This document shows positions 50,466-63,173 of a DNA stretch of 64,000 nucleotides, one piece after another (position 1 is the first letter of the stretch; each line of letters starts with the position of its first letter). The position numbers were made by a program, and so were the translations under genes. Source of the DNA: Octopus sinensis (taxonomy: Eukaryota); contig NC_042998.1 of NCBI RefSeq assembly GCF_006345805.1, forward strand, positions 113,336,001 to 113,400,000, written 5' to 3'. The notes beneath the pieces were generated by a model, which had not been told where the DNA came from, did no database searches, and was given only the letters and a program-made list of their open reading frames with translations.

Positions 50466-53400
50466 CAGTGCTGGTTTATAATAAAATTCATTTTCGCAGT
50501 GATTTAGAGTTTTATTAAAGTTTTATCTGACAGCTTATTCAACCAGTCAACTCATTGAATTAGTATTGAGGCAAAATCCAACCCACTGAAAATGAATTTT
50601 ATAATTATATATGTGAGTGTGTGTGGTCTTACTCTTGTACTTACAATGTGGAATGAGTGTGTTTTATTGTATCATCATCATCATCATCGTTTAACGTCCG
50701 CTTTCCATGCTAGCATGGGTTGGACGATTTGACAGAGGACCGGCGAACCAGATGGCTGCACCAGGCTCCAATCTGATCTGGCAGAGTTTCTACAGCTGGA
50801 TGCCCTTCTTAACATCAACCACTCCGAGAGTGTAGTGGGTGCTTTTAGGTGCCAACGGCATGAGGGCCAGTCAGGCGGTACTGGCAATGGCCACGCTCAA
50901 ATGGTGTTTTTTATGTGCCAACTGCACAGGAGCCAGTCCAGTGGCACTGGCAACGACCTCGCTCGAATGTTTTTTTACATACCACCGGCACAAGTGTCAG
51001 TAAGGCGACGCTGGTAACGATCAAGCTTGAATGATACTTTTTACGTGCCACCAGCACAGAAGCCAGTTAGCTGCTCTGGCAATGATCATGCTCAGATGGT
51101 GCTCTTAGCGCTCCACTAGCATGGATACCAGTCATTGAATTTGATTTCGATCTCACTTGCCTCAACAGGTCATCGCAAGCAGAGTTTAGTGTCCAATGAA
51201 GGAAAAGTATGCGAGAACTAGAAAGTCCCTTTGATTGTATATCAGTTCATATTCAGTTACTATTCTCCTAGATGGGTAGACTGCACTATGGATTGCAGTG
51301 TCTATATCTATTGTTCAAATGTTTTCATTTTGGCATGGTTTTTGTTGTTGGATGACCTTCCTATGACCAATCAATTTACACAGAGTATTGGATCAACTTT
51401 ATCACTGGTAATAGGGAGGTTATCACATGCAAGGAAAATAGTCAAGCTCGATCAATGTTGACCTTGGTCTATACAACAACATTCCAAAATAGCAATAACA
51501 ATTTAATTCTTCCTCTTTCTGATACAAGGCAATATAATTATTTATAAATCTCTTACAAACTAAATCATCATGATCATGATCATCATTAACGAATGTTAGA
51601 TAATGATAATAATGATGATGATTAACTTTGTGGTAGATCTATGAGTTGCTAGGTGTGTTGGTGGAGGGGCACAGTAGCTTGAACTATAAAAATAACTATA
51701 GTGTAATTATTACTATGGCAAATATTTTGTAAATAGATTTGTGGAAGAAGACAATAGTTATATAGGAAACATGGGTAAAAAAATATAATGAAAAGTGTGA
51801 GAGAAAGAAAAAGTGAAGCTGAAGATAACATTGTTATGAGGGGGGAAAATGATTGATCAATAGGGAAATAAAGCATACAATTCTGATCATTATTTTACAA
51901 GAATAAGAGTTTACTATAGAAAAATTTAAGGATAATGAAGTGAAAAATATCAAGAGAAATTATGTGAATAATTCATCAAATAATTGAATGATTTTGTTAT
52001 TTGTTTTTGGTGTTTTATATCAATTTCATCATTAGTGGGATGTTTTATATGTTAGAGTAATGTTACATCCTTATGGATAAACGAATACACTGCAACAGTG
52101 TAATAACAATATAATTGAAACAAATAGTAGTAACCACATAGAACTAACAATTATCTTTTAAGAAACAACAATCCAACATGTTAACTCGAACTGTAAAATT
52201 TGAACTCAAACTTTGAACTATCAACCTCACTTACTCAGATTGCTACTATTTATATATAGTAGTCCAGTCCATCCTTGCCAGGGGGCATCGTACTCTCACA
52301 CAACAAGTAATTAGTATTACAGCAGAATGTTGTATTTCTGACTACTAAACCATGAAATGGTAGGTGGTGGTGGAACTTGTAGTAAGCTTTGTCAGATGGT
52401 TTGCCCAGAGTCACAATACAGAAAACTGAAGTAAACCTGATATTATGAGGTCAGTTGTTCAGTACCTTAAAGCCAACCTGTCTGAGACCACCTCTGCTTA
52501 AAGTAATCTAAATTAAAAACTTTCCATTACAATTTTATATTAATTTATGTTTAAAATACCATTTTAATAATGGCAAAATTATTGTAATAAATTCTTTACT
52601 ATTTTCAAAATTAAGTGAAATGAAGGCATGGTAACAAAAGGGTTAACATCACACTCGTTTTGCTTCTAATTTGAATTAAATATATAAAAATAATAATTGA
52701 GCTGGCAGAATCATTAGAGCATTGAAAAAATGCACTGCAGTATTTGTTCTGGCGCTTTACATTTTTGATTCATATCCTGCTGAGGTCAACTCTGCCTTTC
52801 CTCTTTTGATGTTGATAAGATAAATTATCAAGTACTACATTCAATGATTTTGATCACCAGCCATCCCACAAATTTCAGGTCCTGTGCCCAGAATTATTAT
52901 TAATAATTGTAACACAGACACCAGGCCAAAAAAATTTGTGAGGGAAGAACAGTTGATTACATTGAGCCAATATAATTCGTGCTTCATTTCATTTACACAA
53001 TAAAGATGAAAGGCAAAGTGAACCTCAGATAATAATAATAATTATATGCATTACATATATATATATTAGAGTAATTCAAATAATTAAAACAAAAATGCGC
53101 CAAGAGAAATAACTTGACAACAAGGTGAGAAGAGAAAGGGTATACTGAATACCATAAAAGGTGAATTCTTGATTTATTGAAATTATCTTTGCCTTTTGAG
53201 AAAGTAAGCAATCACATAGTAGCAATTGCAACCAACTCTGAAGAAGAAGGGGACATAATTTCAAGCAATTAACGATTCTCTGAAATTAACAAGCCAGCAT
53301 ATGCATTTATATGTCTATGATATGTGTAAGTGTGTATGCTGATATACTTTTATCTTTTACTTGTTTCAGTCATTAGACTGTAGCCATTTAGTCGAACGAA

Positions 53401-54526
53401 TCGATCCAGTACTTATTATTTTTGTTAATCCTGGTACTTATTCTGTTGGTCTCTTTTGCTGAACTGCTAAGTTATGGCAACATAAACATATATATACATA
53501 TCTGCAATTATTTGCTAAGCGGTGTGAATTTTACAATTTTTTTTTTTTTAAAGTTTATAAGTGATCACTGTGTATTGACAAAGTTTAATAGTCTAATATT
53601 AGGGCATATAAGCCCTTGGCAGAAAAAAGTAGGATTTGCCATATATATAAAAGGCTTCTTTCAGTTTCTTTCTACCAAATCAGTTTGCAAGGCTTTGGTT
53701 AGCACTGAGGTTATAATAGAAGGCACTTGCTCAAGGTGCCATAGTGGGACTGAACTCAGAAGCATGTGGTTGAGAAGCAAGTTTCTTACCACAGTCATGC
53801 CTGCATCTATAACATATATAAAATTAAGATTTATATGTTCTCTTAGTATTCAGTTCTATTTCTCCTGGTTGCTCACCAAACCTGTATTTTCTTTTTGTTC
53901 TTTTACTGTGGAGGAAAAGTAGTGCCCAGGGCCCATTACATGGCCTCTAAGACCAATGGAAGGTATTGTCTAACTGGCCTGAATGATTGCAACAGAGTCT
54001 ACCATCAAGAAGTTGTTTTTTTCTCATTGAAAATCTACATGTGTATATCATCATCATCGTTTAGCGTCCATTTTCCATGCTAGCATGGGTTGGACGGTTC
54101 AACTGGGGTCTGTGAAGCCGGAAGGCTTCATCAGGCCTAGTCAGATCTGGCAGTGTTTCTACGGCTGGATGCCCTTCCTAACGCCAACCACTTTGTGAGT
54201 GTAGTGGGTGCTTTTTACGTACCACCCGCACGTGTATATATATATATATATAAAAAACATTACGTTATATAATTAGGGTTCAGTAAAAAAATTACTTTAC
54301 CACACACCAAACTTTTAGAAATAGCAGCCAAAAAATTTAGCTATTTCCTCTACTATAAATTTTTTGGCTGCTATTTCTAAAAGTTCAGTGTGTGGTAAAG
54401 TAAATTTTTTTACTGAACCCTAATTATATAACATAATGTTTTAAATATACTGTAAATGGTCTTTTTACATACTGAACACTACTTGGTAAAATTATTAATT
54501 AATAATTAATTTTACCCTTTTATTAT

Positions 54527-54564
<38 letters not shown>

Positions 54565-54927
54565 CACACATGTATTTGTTTATTTATATATGTATATAGC
54601 ATATGTCACTGCATCGTTTCTGCCTGTAGTTTTATCTCATTTGCATGTCATTATGTTTTACTTTTAGTTTTTGCCTATCACCTCAGTGATATTTCCTATC
54701 TCACTATAACTAGAAGAGTAGTCTTGGACTTTATACATGCAGAGTCTGATCTCTGTGGCTGATAAGGGTTTTTCCATGTTTATTTGTCCTTTGTAAATCT
54801 GTAAATCATTTCCTTACATTCCACATACACATCATATATATATATATGTACATATATAAGACAGGATTTGATGGAATTAACAAAAAAAAAAATTAGAACT
54901 CAGTACTGAAGAGCACATATGTGTGCG

Positions 54928-54961
<34 letters not shown>

Positions 54962-55428
54962 TCTTTTACTTGTTTCAGTCATTTGACTTTAGTACCACCT
55001 TGAAGGGTTTTAGTTGAACAAATTGACTCGAGGATTATTTTTTAAGCCTAATACTTCTTCTATCGGTCTCTTTTGCCAAACTGCTAAGTTATAGGGATGT
55101 AACACACCAACAGCGGTTAAGGAGTGATGGGAAGAACAAACATAGATACAATGAGCTATACACACACATATGTGTGTGTGTGTGTATATATATATATATA
55201 CACACAATGGGCTTTTGTCAGTTCCCGTCTACCAAATCCACACACAAGGCTTTGGTTGGCCCAAGGCTATAGTAGAAAAGATTTGCCCAGGGTGTCACGT
55301 AGTGGGACTGCACCTGGAACCATGTAGTTGGGAATCAAGCTTCTTACCATAAATACATATACATAACAACTGAAGATCCTGCATGCCTACAAGTGAAAAT
55401 CAGAGTAGCAAGAAGTTGACTTGACCAA

Positions 55429-55459
<31 letters not shown>

Positions 55460-56481
55460 CATTTTATATATATATACATTTTATCATCATTCGACGTCTT
55501 TTTTTACATACTGGCAAGGTTGGGCAGTTCGACAAGAACTGATGGACCAGAAGGCTGTAATGAGTTTCTACAGCTGAATGCCCTTCCCAATACCAACCAC
55601 CTTACAGAGTGTACAGGGTACTTTTTTTTTGGTGTGTGTGTATATATATTTAATTGGTAGGAAATTACAAAACTATCACAGAGGTTGAGTTTCATGAATG
55701 GCAAGTGATGAGTGACATACTCATTCATACATATCTGGAAACAAAAGAAACGAGTACTCAGTGAATTTATGTGCAGCATAAATTTGAAAGACAAAGTGAA
55801 TGAATTATAAGTTCGATACTCAGAGTTTAAAAGGCACGAGGACATGCTTTTAATCGATCAGATATCATGGATATTTCATCAATTAGACATGTTCATTTAA
55901 GCCTATATATTATTTAGCTGTATAGCTACGTAACTGACTTAGTGTACGTGTGTATGTATGTATGTATATGTCTGTCTCTCTGTATGCATGTGTGTATATA
56001 ATATATACACACACACACACTAGTCTGTGTGGTGTGTATAGATATGTGTATGCGTGTAAAAAATAATATAAACATCACAAAAATTTGCCGTTAACTTTAA
56101 TCATATATACAAATATATATACACGCACATTTCTAAAACTCTAATTCTACAAAAGAGCCATATATATATACCTGTGTTTTGCTATCAACAAAATGTTAAT
56201 AATTTAGTGGGTGGAGTTTGAAATTTTTAATATACATATGCACGTGTACGTGTAAATAACAAACAACATGCACAAACAAACACTCCAACACACACTGCGT
56301 CAGAAAACTGAAAATAAAAATGTTGCATGAAAAGTGTGAAAGAGAAATGAATATATATTTGTTTGAGGTTCAAGTAAAAATCCAAGAGAAGCTGGCTTGA
56401 AGATACCATACCAGCTTAGAAACTACTTCACTGGTGAAGCAGTGAGACATAGTTGGGAAGTTTGTTGAAAGTTTGTTCGGT

Positions 56482-57054
56482 TTAATTTCTGTTGTTATTG
56501 TTAACTGCAATAATTTGTTCGGTGAGCCAGCTAATCCCTTCACTAACACCATCACCAGTCAGTGCGTTACTCGAACAGATATGCCACGCTCGGATCTTAA
56601 GTTGGTCTAATCCTAACAGTTCGACGCATTTCAGTTTGGAAATGGAATCTCTCATATCCATCTTGTTAGCATAAAACAGCAAAGGGACGTGGCGGTTCTT
56701 GATATGTTGGTGTGTGAGTAAATGATCCAGTTCATCTTTAGCAACAACCATCCTTAAGAGGTCACTACTATCGATGACGAAGATAATACCATGGCAATCC
56801 TTGTAGTAATGTTCCCATAGACTACGATAGCGACCCTGGCCTGACATATCAAAGGCCGAAAACGACAAAGATTTTGTTTGAAATCGTTCCACATTAAAAC
56901 CAACAGTCGGGACAATATCCTGAGATCTTATGTCCGAAGGTTTAAGATAGTTTAAAATTGTACTTTTACCACTATTATCCAAACCGACGACTAAAATATT
57001 AGCCTCTTTCCGTTTCAAGCCGAACCATCGAGCAAGTGTATCTAATATTCCCAT
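56482..57054 (-). CDS. ARL6: ADP-ribosylation factor-like protein 6 (BBS3), single coding exon, 190 aa
   Basis: MG start, GLDNSGKST P-loop, ARL6-diagnostic FDMSGQGRYRSLWEHYYKD, NKMD, CSSNALTG; complete ORF. Confidence 0.95.
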   Translation of the reverse strand: MGILDTLARWFGLKRKEANILVVGLDNSGKSTILNYLKPSDIRSQDIVPTVGFNVERFQTKSLSFSAFDMSGQGRYRSLWEHYYKDCHGIIFVIDSSDLLRMVVAKDELDHLLTHQHIKNRHVPLLFYANKMDMRDSISKLKCVELLGLDQLKIRAWHICSSNALTGDGVSEGISWLTEQIIAVNNNNRN

Positions 57055-59906
57055 AATTAACTTTCAAAGAGAGAGATAAAACAGATTTCATATATTATAA
57101 ATTTGTTATAGACGATATTCCAGAAAACTGTCGATTAAACACACAATTCAACAGTTCCATTAACCAATCGTAAGTAGCACAGTCTAAAGTATCAAAACCA
57201 CTCCTGTAGCCATATGATGCTACTTTAAAGTTCGTTACTAAGCACCAATAAACAGTCCCGGGACGATCAACATATCAACAATAAGTTGGAAAATTGTAAT
57301 CAAAACCATTAAAATACCTTTGAAAATTATTATTTTAATTTTTAATTAATATTAGAGTTATATTTAAACCCTTTCTAAACTTATTTAAAACTTTTCAGAG
57401 AGTTTAATTGTTTGTTGATTTTACATGAGATTATAATTATTACCCGACATTCTTCAGTCGTGACCTCTGCATGTCAAGTTGTTATTGTTGTTCTGTAGTC
57501 CTAAGTCACCTCTGGCACACATGTCAATTGAACTTCTAAGTGCGTAAAATAAATTCTTATGTTCCATGTAATGTAGAGGTAAGATCTCTCCTACACCTCT
57601 GAAGCGAGACCGCAATCTGGTTTCGATTCTTGGTTATAATTATTTTATTCCATTTACGTCATAAATATCTGCGAAGGACAGCAAACAATCTATCTCCTTG
57701 TCTGTAAACCTGGGGTTTATGTAAAAAGTTAGTTATATTAAATATTTTAAAACAATACTTTTCGAGGTGTCTTTGAGATATATTTTGATATTGTTTTTCC
57801 AATATGAAACCAATGTTTTTTTAAAAATCTTTATTAAAAATATGAGGTAAGGGAAATTAAGTGGACCAATGGCATGAATATGTTAAGTGGGGATATACTG
57901 CATGCCATACGTAAAAAAATACTCGATAAATTAAAATTTGCTTGTTTTAGTTCAAGAAAGAAAACGAAAACCAAACGGTAACGGGTTTTTTCCCCCGTCT
58001 CTTATTATCTAATCCTTTGGTTATTAGCATCCAGTGTATACAGACCCTTCTCATTACTGAGTCCTACATTTATTCGTTGAAAGTTCTTTATTTCATTGAA
58101 TTACGCATCAATTTCTAGTACAGTCTGCGTTACTGATGACTCGTTTCATATCGGCTATCTCGCCAGAGAATAAACAAAGAATGGGAATGTGAGGATATCG
58201 CCCAAAGTATACTATGCAATACGAACTTTCGAGTCTAATTTTCATCCATGGTAGCTAATTTTATTTCCAAGTATTGAATACAATCCAGTGCTTTCTTTAC
58301 TTCTGTCGCCATTATCAAGAATACCATTCCATGTTGTCACTAGACCCTTTAAAAATAGCAGTAAAGCCTCCCTTAAACAACGCCCAACCTTTAAAAAGAA
58401 GTAAGGACATATTAAGTAACGTAGTCTTATTCCTAAAAAAAAAAAAAAAAATACACGATTTTATCTGGAATGCTTTTTATCATGGATCTGCTATGATCCT
58501 TGATTAGCCCCAGACTTGACTGGAGTTAAATAATACTTTACTTTTGAATGTACATAATCAGCCTTCTCATCATTCATTAAAAAAAAATTATTAATTTTGT
58601 TAAAGCTTAGTTGGAAGCAATGCAGTACATATAGGCCTTCCTCAAGGCCCCTAAAACTACTGGGAAGAAAAGTTATCCTCAGGCCAGCAACTTGGTGGAA
58701 ATACAACTGACTGGACTCTGCTACAGGCATCTAAAGGCTTGATGGTTGCGTTAAATTTGGTGATGGATAAGATCTACCATTTAGACAGGTAGGGCCTTTT
58801 CAATAAGCTTTCATGTAGTTTCTAGTAACTAAATTTACTTGGATCAAACCCTTCTATCTCACAAAAGAAAGGACACACTGAACAATGCGGTATTAGATTC
58901 ACAAAATAAGATCATCACAGATGGATTGCTTTTGATTATGTTAAATCAGGGCTGATCTGGGTTTAAACAACAAGAACAATAGACACAAAACTGCTAATTT
59001 TATATCATATATTGCACAAACCACATTCACATTATTGAAATGTACAACAACGGGGTTATGTGAGGGGCAGAGTTTGCTATCATAGCAAGCATTTCAGCCT
59101 GCCACTGCCATGACATATATTTAAATTTGCAACACTATCCCACCCACTTAGTCCAGAAAACCACAAAGATAGTAGCACCAATAACTTTATTAGCTCCATG
59201 TTGTGCTGGTATGCACACTTCAGTGGAAATTTCAGAATAACAACTGTTGTACTCTGAACAAGCCCATTTCCACTGTGACAATTATCAGAATCTTCAGACT
59301 GAAAGTGTGTCCATATTAACACACTGCCCTACATTCTATGTCAGTGTGTGTAATATGGTCCTCTCTCAGAGACATAGTATTTCTGAAGCATTGGATCTGT
59401 TGATTAGACATAATCATTCAACTAATTAATTTTATGAATAGGATCATAGCTCAATTAGGACCAGAATTAGACTAAATGAGATGCAGTTTGGGTTTGTGCC
59501 AGAGAAAAGTACTATGGCCTGCCATCTTCCCAGTGTGACAACTGCAGAAGTATCTAACCAAAAGTAAACCATTGTACTTAGCATTCATTGACCTGGTGAA
59601 AGCCTTTGACAGAGTTACTTGCTCTGTAATCTGGTGGTTTCCAAAGAAGTTAGGTGTAGACAAATGGTTTGTTAGAGCTGTACAAGCCATGCATAAAGGT
59701 GCTGTCAGTAAGGTGAGAGTCAGCTATAAGTACAGTGATGACTTTCTTTAGTAGGAGTTCATTAGGGCTGGGTTCTCAGTCCCTTCTTATTTCTCCAGGC
59801 CATAACAGTTGAATTTAAGACTGGTCTGTGGGAGCTACTATTTGCTGATGACCTCACTCTTATGGTGGAATTTGTAACAGAAATGGAAAAGAAATTCCAG
59901 ATACAG

Positions 59907-60275
59907 GAGGCGTAAGAGTGGCTGTGTGGTAAGTAGCTTGCTTACGAACCACATGGTTCCAGGTTCAGTCCCACTGCGTGGTACCTTGGGCAAGTATCTT
60001 CTACTATAGCCTCGGGCCGACCAAAGCCTTGTGAGTGGATTTGGTAGACCGAAACTGAAAGAAGCCTGTTGTATATATGTATGTGTGTCTGTGTTTGTCC
60101 TACCCCCCTGATGGTGGTGTGTTTACGTCCCCATAACTTAGCAGTTCGCCAAAAAAGACCGATAAAATAAGTACTAGGCTTACAAAGAAAAAGTTCTGGG
60201 GTTGATTTGCTCGACTGAAGGCGGTGCTCCAGCATGGCCACAGTCAAATGACTGAAACAAGTAAAAGAGTAAGAG
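59907..60275 (+). mobile_element. Family-A SINE nested in the RTE, TSD TACAG
   Basis: TACAG at 59902-59906 and 60276-60280; the LINE sequence resumes after it. Confidence 0.82.
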
Positions 60276-60536
60276 TACAGAAGCAAAATCTGGAATGAGA
60301 GGGCTTTAAAGTTAACCTAGAGAAGACCAAAGTTGTAATTAGCAAGAAAGTAGATAAGAGTATCTTTCCATATGGTAAATAGTTCAGCTCAATATGTACG
60401 AAAGGTGTTGGAAGGAATTCCATTTGATTACCTGGTGCAAGCTATGGACACATAAAAGGTGCAGTATAATCAGTGGAAGTTTAACAGAAAGTAGTCTTTG
60501 TATGTGGCAGATGCGCAAGTACAACAAAAATATAAG

Positions 60537-61177
60537 GATGCACCCATGCCAACCTCCCTTCATTGGACACTAAACTCTGCTTGCGAAGACCTGTTGGGGA
60601 AAGTGAAATCGGAATCGAAATTGAACCAATCCTATGACTGGCACCCAGCAGTTGCCAGGACCGCTGGACTGACTCCTGTGCAGGTGGCAAGTGAAGAAAC
60701 ACCATTTCGACCCTGTGCTTGAGGAGATCCATTGAGTCAAGTACACCATCAAAATCAATGGAAACTGCAGTTGTGATCCCTGTGCCGGTGGCACATAAAA
60801 AGCACCATCTGAACGTGGTCGATGCCAGCGCCGCCTAGACTGGCTTCCGTGCCGGTGGCACGTAAAAAGCACTATCCGAATCGTGACCGATGCCAGCACC
60901 GCCTTGACTGGCTTCCGTGCCGGTGGCATGTAAAAAGCATCATCCGAATCGTGGCCGATGCCAGCACCGCCTTGACTGGCTTCTGTGCTGGTGGCACGTA
61001 AAATGCACCAATCCGATCGTGGCCGTTGCCAGCCTTGCCTGGTACCTGTGCAGGTGGCACGTAAAAAGCACCCTTTACACTCACGGAGTGGTTGGCGTTA
61101 GGAAGGGCATCCAGCTGTAGAAACACTGCCAGATCAGACTGGAGCCTGGTGCAGCTTTCTGGCTTCCCAGATCCCCA
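60537..61177 (+). mobile_element. RTE-3'-type repeat with internal tandem units (GTGCCGGTGGCACGTAAAAAGCA...CCTTGACTGGCTTCC)
   Basis: 4-5 imperfect tandem units at ~60780-61070; inverted relative at 50671-51210. Confidence 0.75.
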
Positions 61178-63173
61178 ATGATGGCAATTAGATTTCCTCA
61201 AATACCCAGGAGATTTTCTAGTGGTTGTAGATAGTTTTTGTTACCTAGGTGACCTAATAAGCAGTTGAGGAGGATGTTCTGAAAGTATAGTTTGCTAGAA
61301 TAAGAATAGGATGGAGAAAATCAGAGAGCAAGTACTTTTGTTGTCAATAATAGGCCTTTTAGTGTGAAAGGCAGATTGTATGATGCTTGTATAAGAAATG
61401 GCTACGCTCCATGTGAAGACTGGAGAGGAATTAACAAAGTAGAGTAAATGTTTAAAAATTTTTAATTTATCCGTTTCACATTAATCCCCTACATATAAAA
61501 CTAAAAATAAATTTAAAATTACAAAAATACTTTTATAATTTACTACACCCACCATAGAAATCTCTTCTTTCCCATATTCTCACAAATTGTGTACAGAGAA
61601 AAAAATCTAAATGTAGATTTATTAAATTGCTGTGAACATATTCAGAACAGAAAAGCAATGAAACCCTAAGCATTAAAATGATGACTGTTCTGTTCTTGAA
61701 ATAGTAAAAAAAAAGTTAAAGATTATTGCACGTAGGGAGTTAAATCAGTAGTTTAGTAAGTAAATATAGTACATAGATAGACAGGATGTGTCCTCTCTGT
61801 ACTAGATTGTTCTATATATTATGTTTGGACAACTTTACAAACCAGCAACGAGTCATATTGTTTTAAAAGAAAATGCTTAGTTCTAGATGAAGCAGACTTG
61901 TGATTAAAGGCCTTCAAGCCATGACCATCTAGTTTGTCCAGACAATTTATCTTGGACAACATTACCAAGTGTTTTTCCTTTTTAAAGACAGTGTGATTTG
62001 AAAGATTTTGCTATTTCTAGCAAAGTCAGTAATAACATTAGCTTGAAAAGAAAATGTTTCAACTTTTAATTATACATCATGAATTGATAGGATTGTTTTT
62101 TCAGAGTTGTTGAAACTGATTGAATAAACCTACAATTAAAAGCACCCAGGGGACTATTTTAGCCATTGGCTTTTCAAGTTAATGTGTTGCTCCCTTATAA
62201 GTTCATGGAATGTAATGAAGATCTGGAATTTATTATTTTTTTGCAGGCTGGGCAACCACACAAAAACTTCCTCAACACAGCAACTGTTCTGGATTTCTTT
62301 ACAACAGCAGACTTCAATTTTCAACTAGATAAACTGTAATTTAAAAAAACATTATGACTATTCAAATCCATGAACGCAATAACTTTTGAAATATATTTCT
62401 CAGAAGAGGATTAATCAAGTGATAGGATCCATTTTCTGGTCCATGGGTGTCTTTTGTAGAATTCATTGTTGCAAGCTACCAGGATACACTATATTGGAGG
62501 CCTTTGAAAAAGATCATAAGCACTGTCCTTCCATTAGCCACTAAAAGGAAGTATAAATAATTAGTTTTTTTAATGGTAAGGTTTCAAACTCTTCTTAGCC
62601 CATCTAATTGCAATGTAATTACGACAGCACCAACATCATAAAATTCCTTAATTCAATATGTTCATGTTAATCTGTTACATATTTTAACCTCGTAAATTAC
62701 ATCTATGTCCAATTAGATGTTAGCCTACTTACTAAAATTTTTACTCAGTTTCATAGTTTAACTTTAGTGCAAGGAAGGGGGGTATTAAATGTAAAAATGT
62801 CTAAAATAAAGATATAACAATTAAATATTTAAATGTGTATTTTTTCTTTTGTCAAAACATATCAATCATAATTTCCTTATATCAATTGAATTATTTGCGC
62901 TTGTATTGCCATAGAATGAGACCAGTAGCCTGATCAGTCCTAGACAAAAGTAGGAACGATACAACTTCTGTTGGATCATGAATACTGAACAAATGAAGAT
63001 GGATAAAAAAAAAAAAAGACAATACACCATGTAAAACTGAAACAATGTTACCAAAAGTGCATTGATAGAAGTTTCGGTACTGAAAGGATACCCAAAATTA
63101 AATGAAACACACAGACTGTTTTATAGGAAGAGTTAACTAAAGGACAATATTGTAAGCATTCTTATTTATTTGA

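Larger units (their letters stand above)
59440..61410 (+). mobile_element. Decayed RTE LINE interrupted by two younger insertions
   Basis: QFGFVPEKST, AFIDLVKAFDRV, ELLFADDL, NLEKTKV, FCYLG remnants in colinear order around the inserts. Confidence 0.8.

Noticed and set aside
59907-59985. tRNA-like sequences with A/B boxes
   Set aside because: They are SINE heads continuing into SINE bodies; no complete cloverleaf.
60780-61070. Regularly spaced repeats resembling a CRISPR array (also 50835-51110, 40180-40325)
   Set aside because: The spacers are homologous to each other, the context is eukaryotic and there are no cas genes; these are tandem units of a retroelement 3'UTR.
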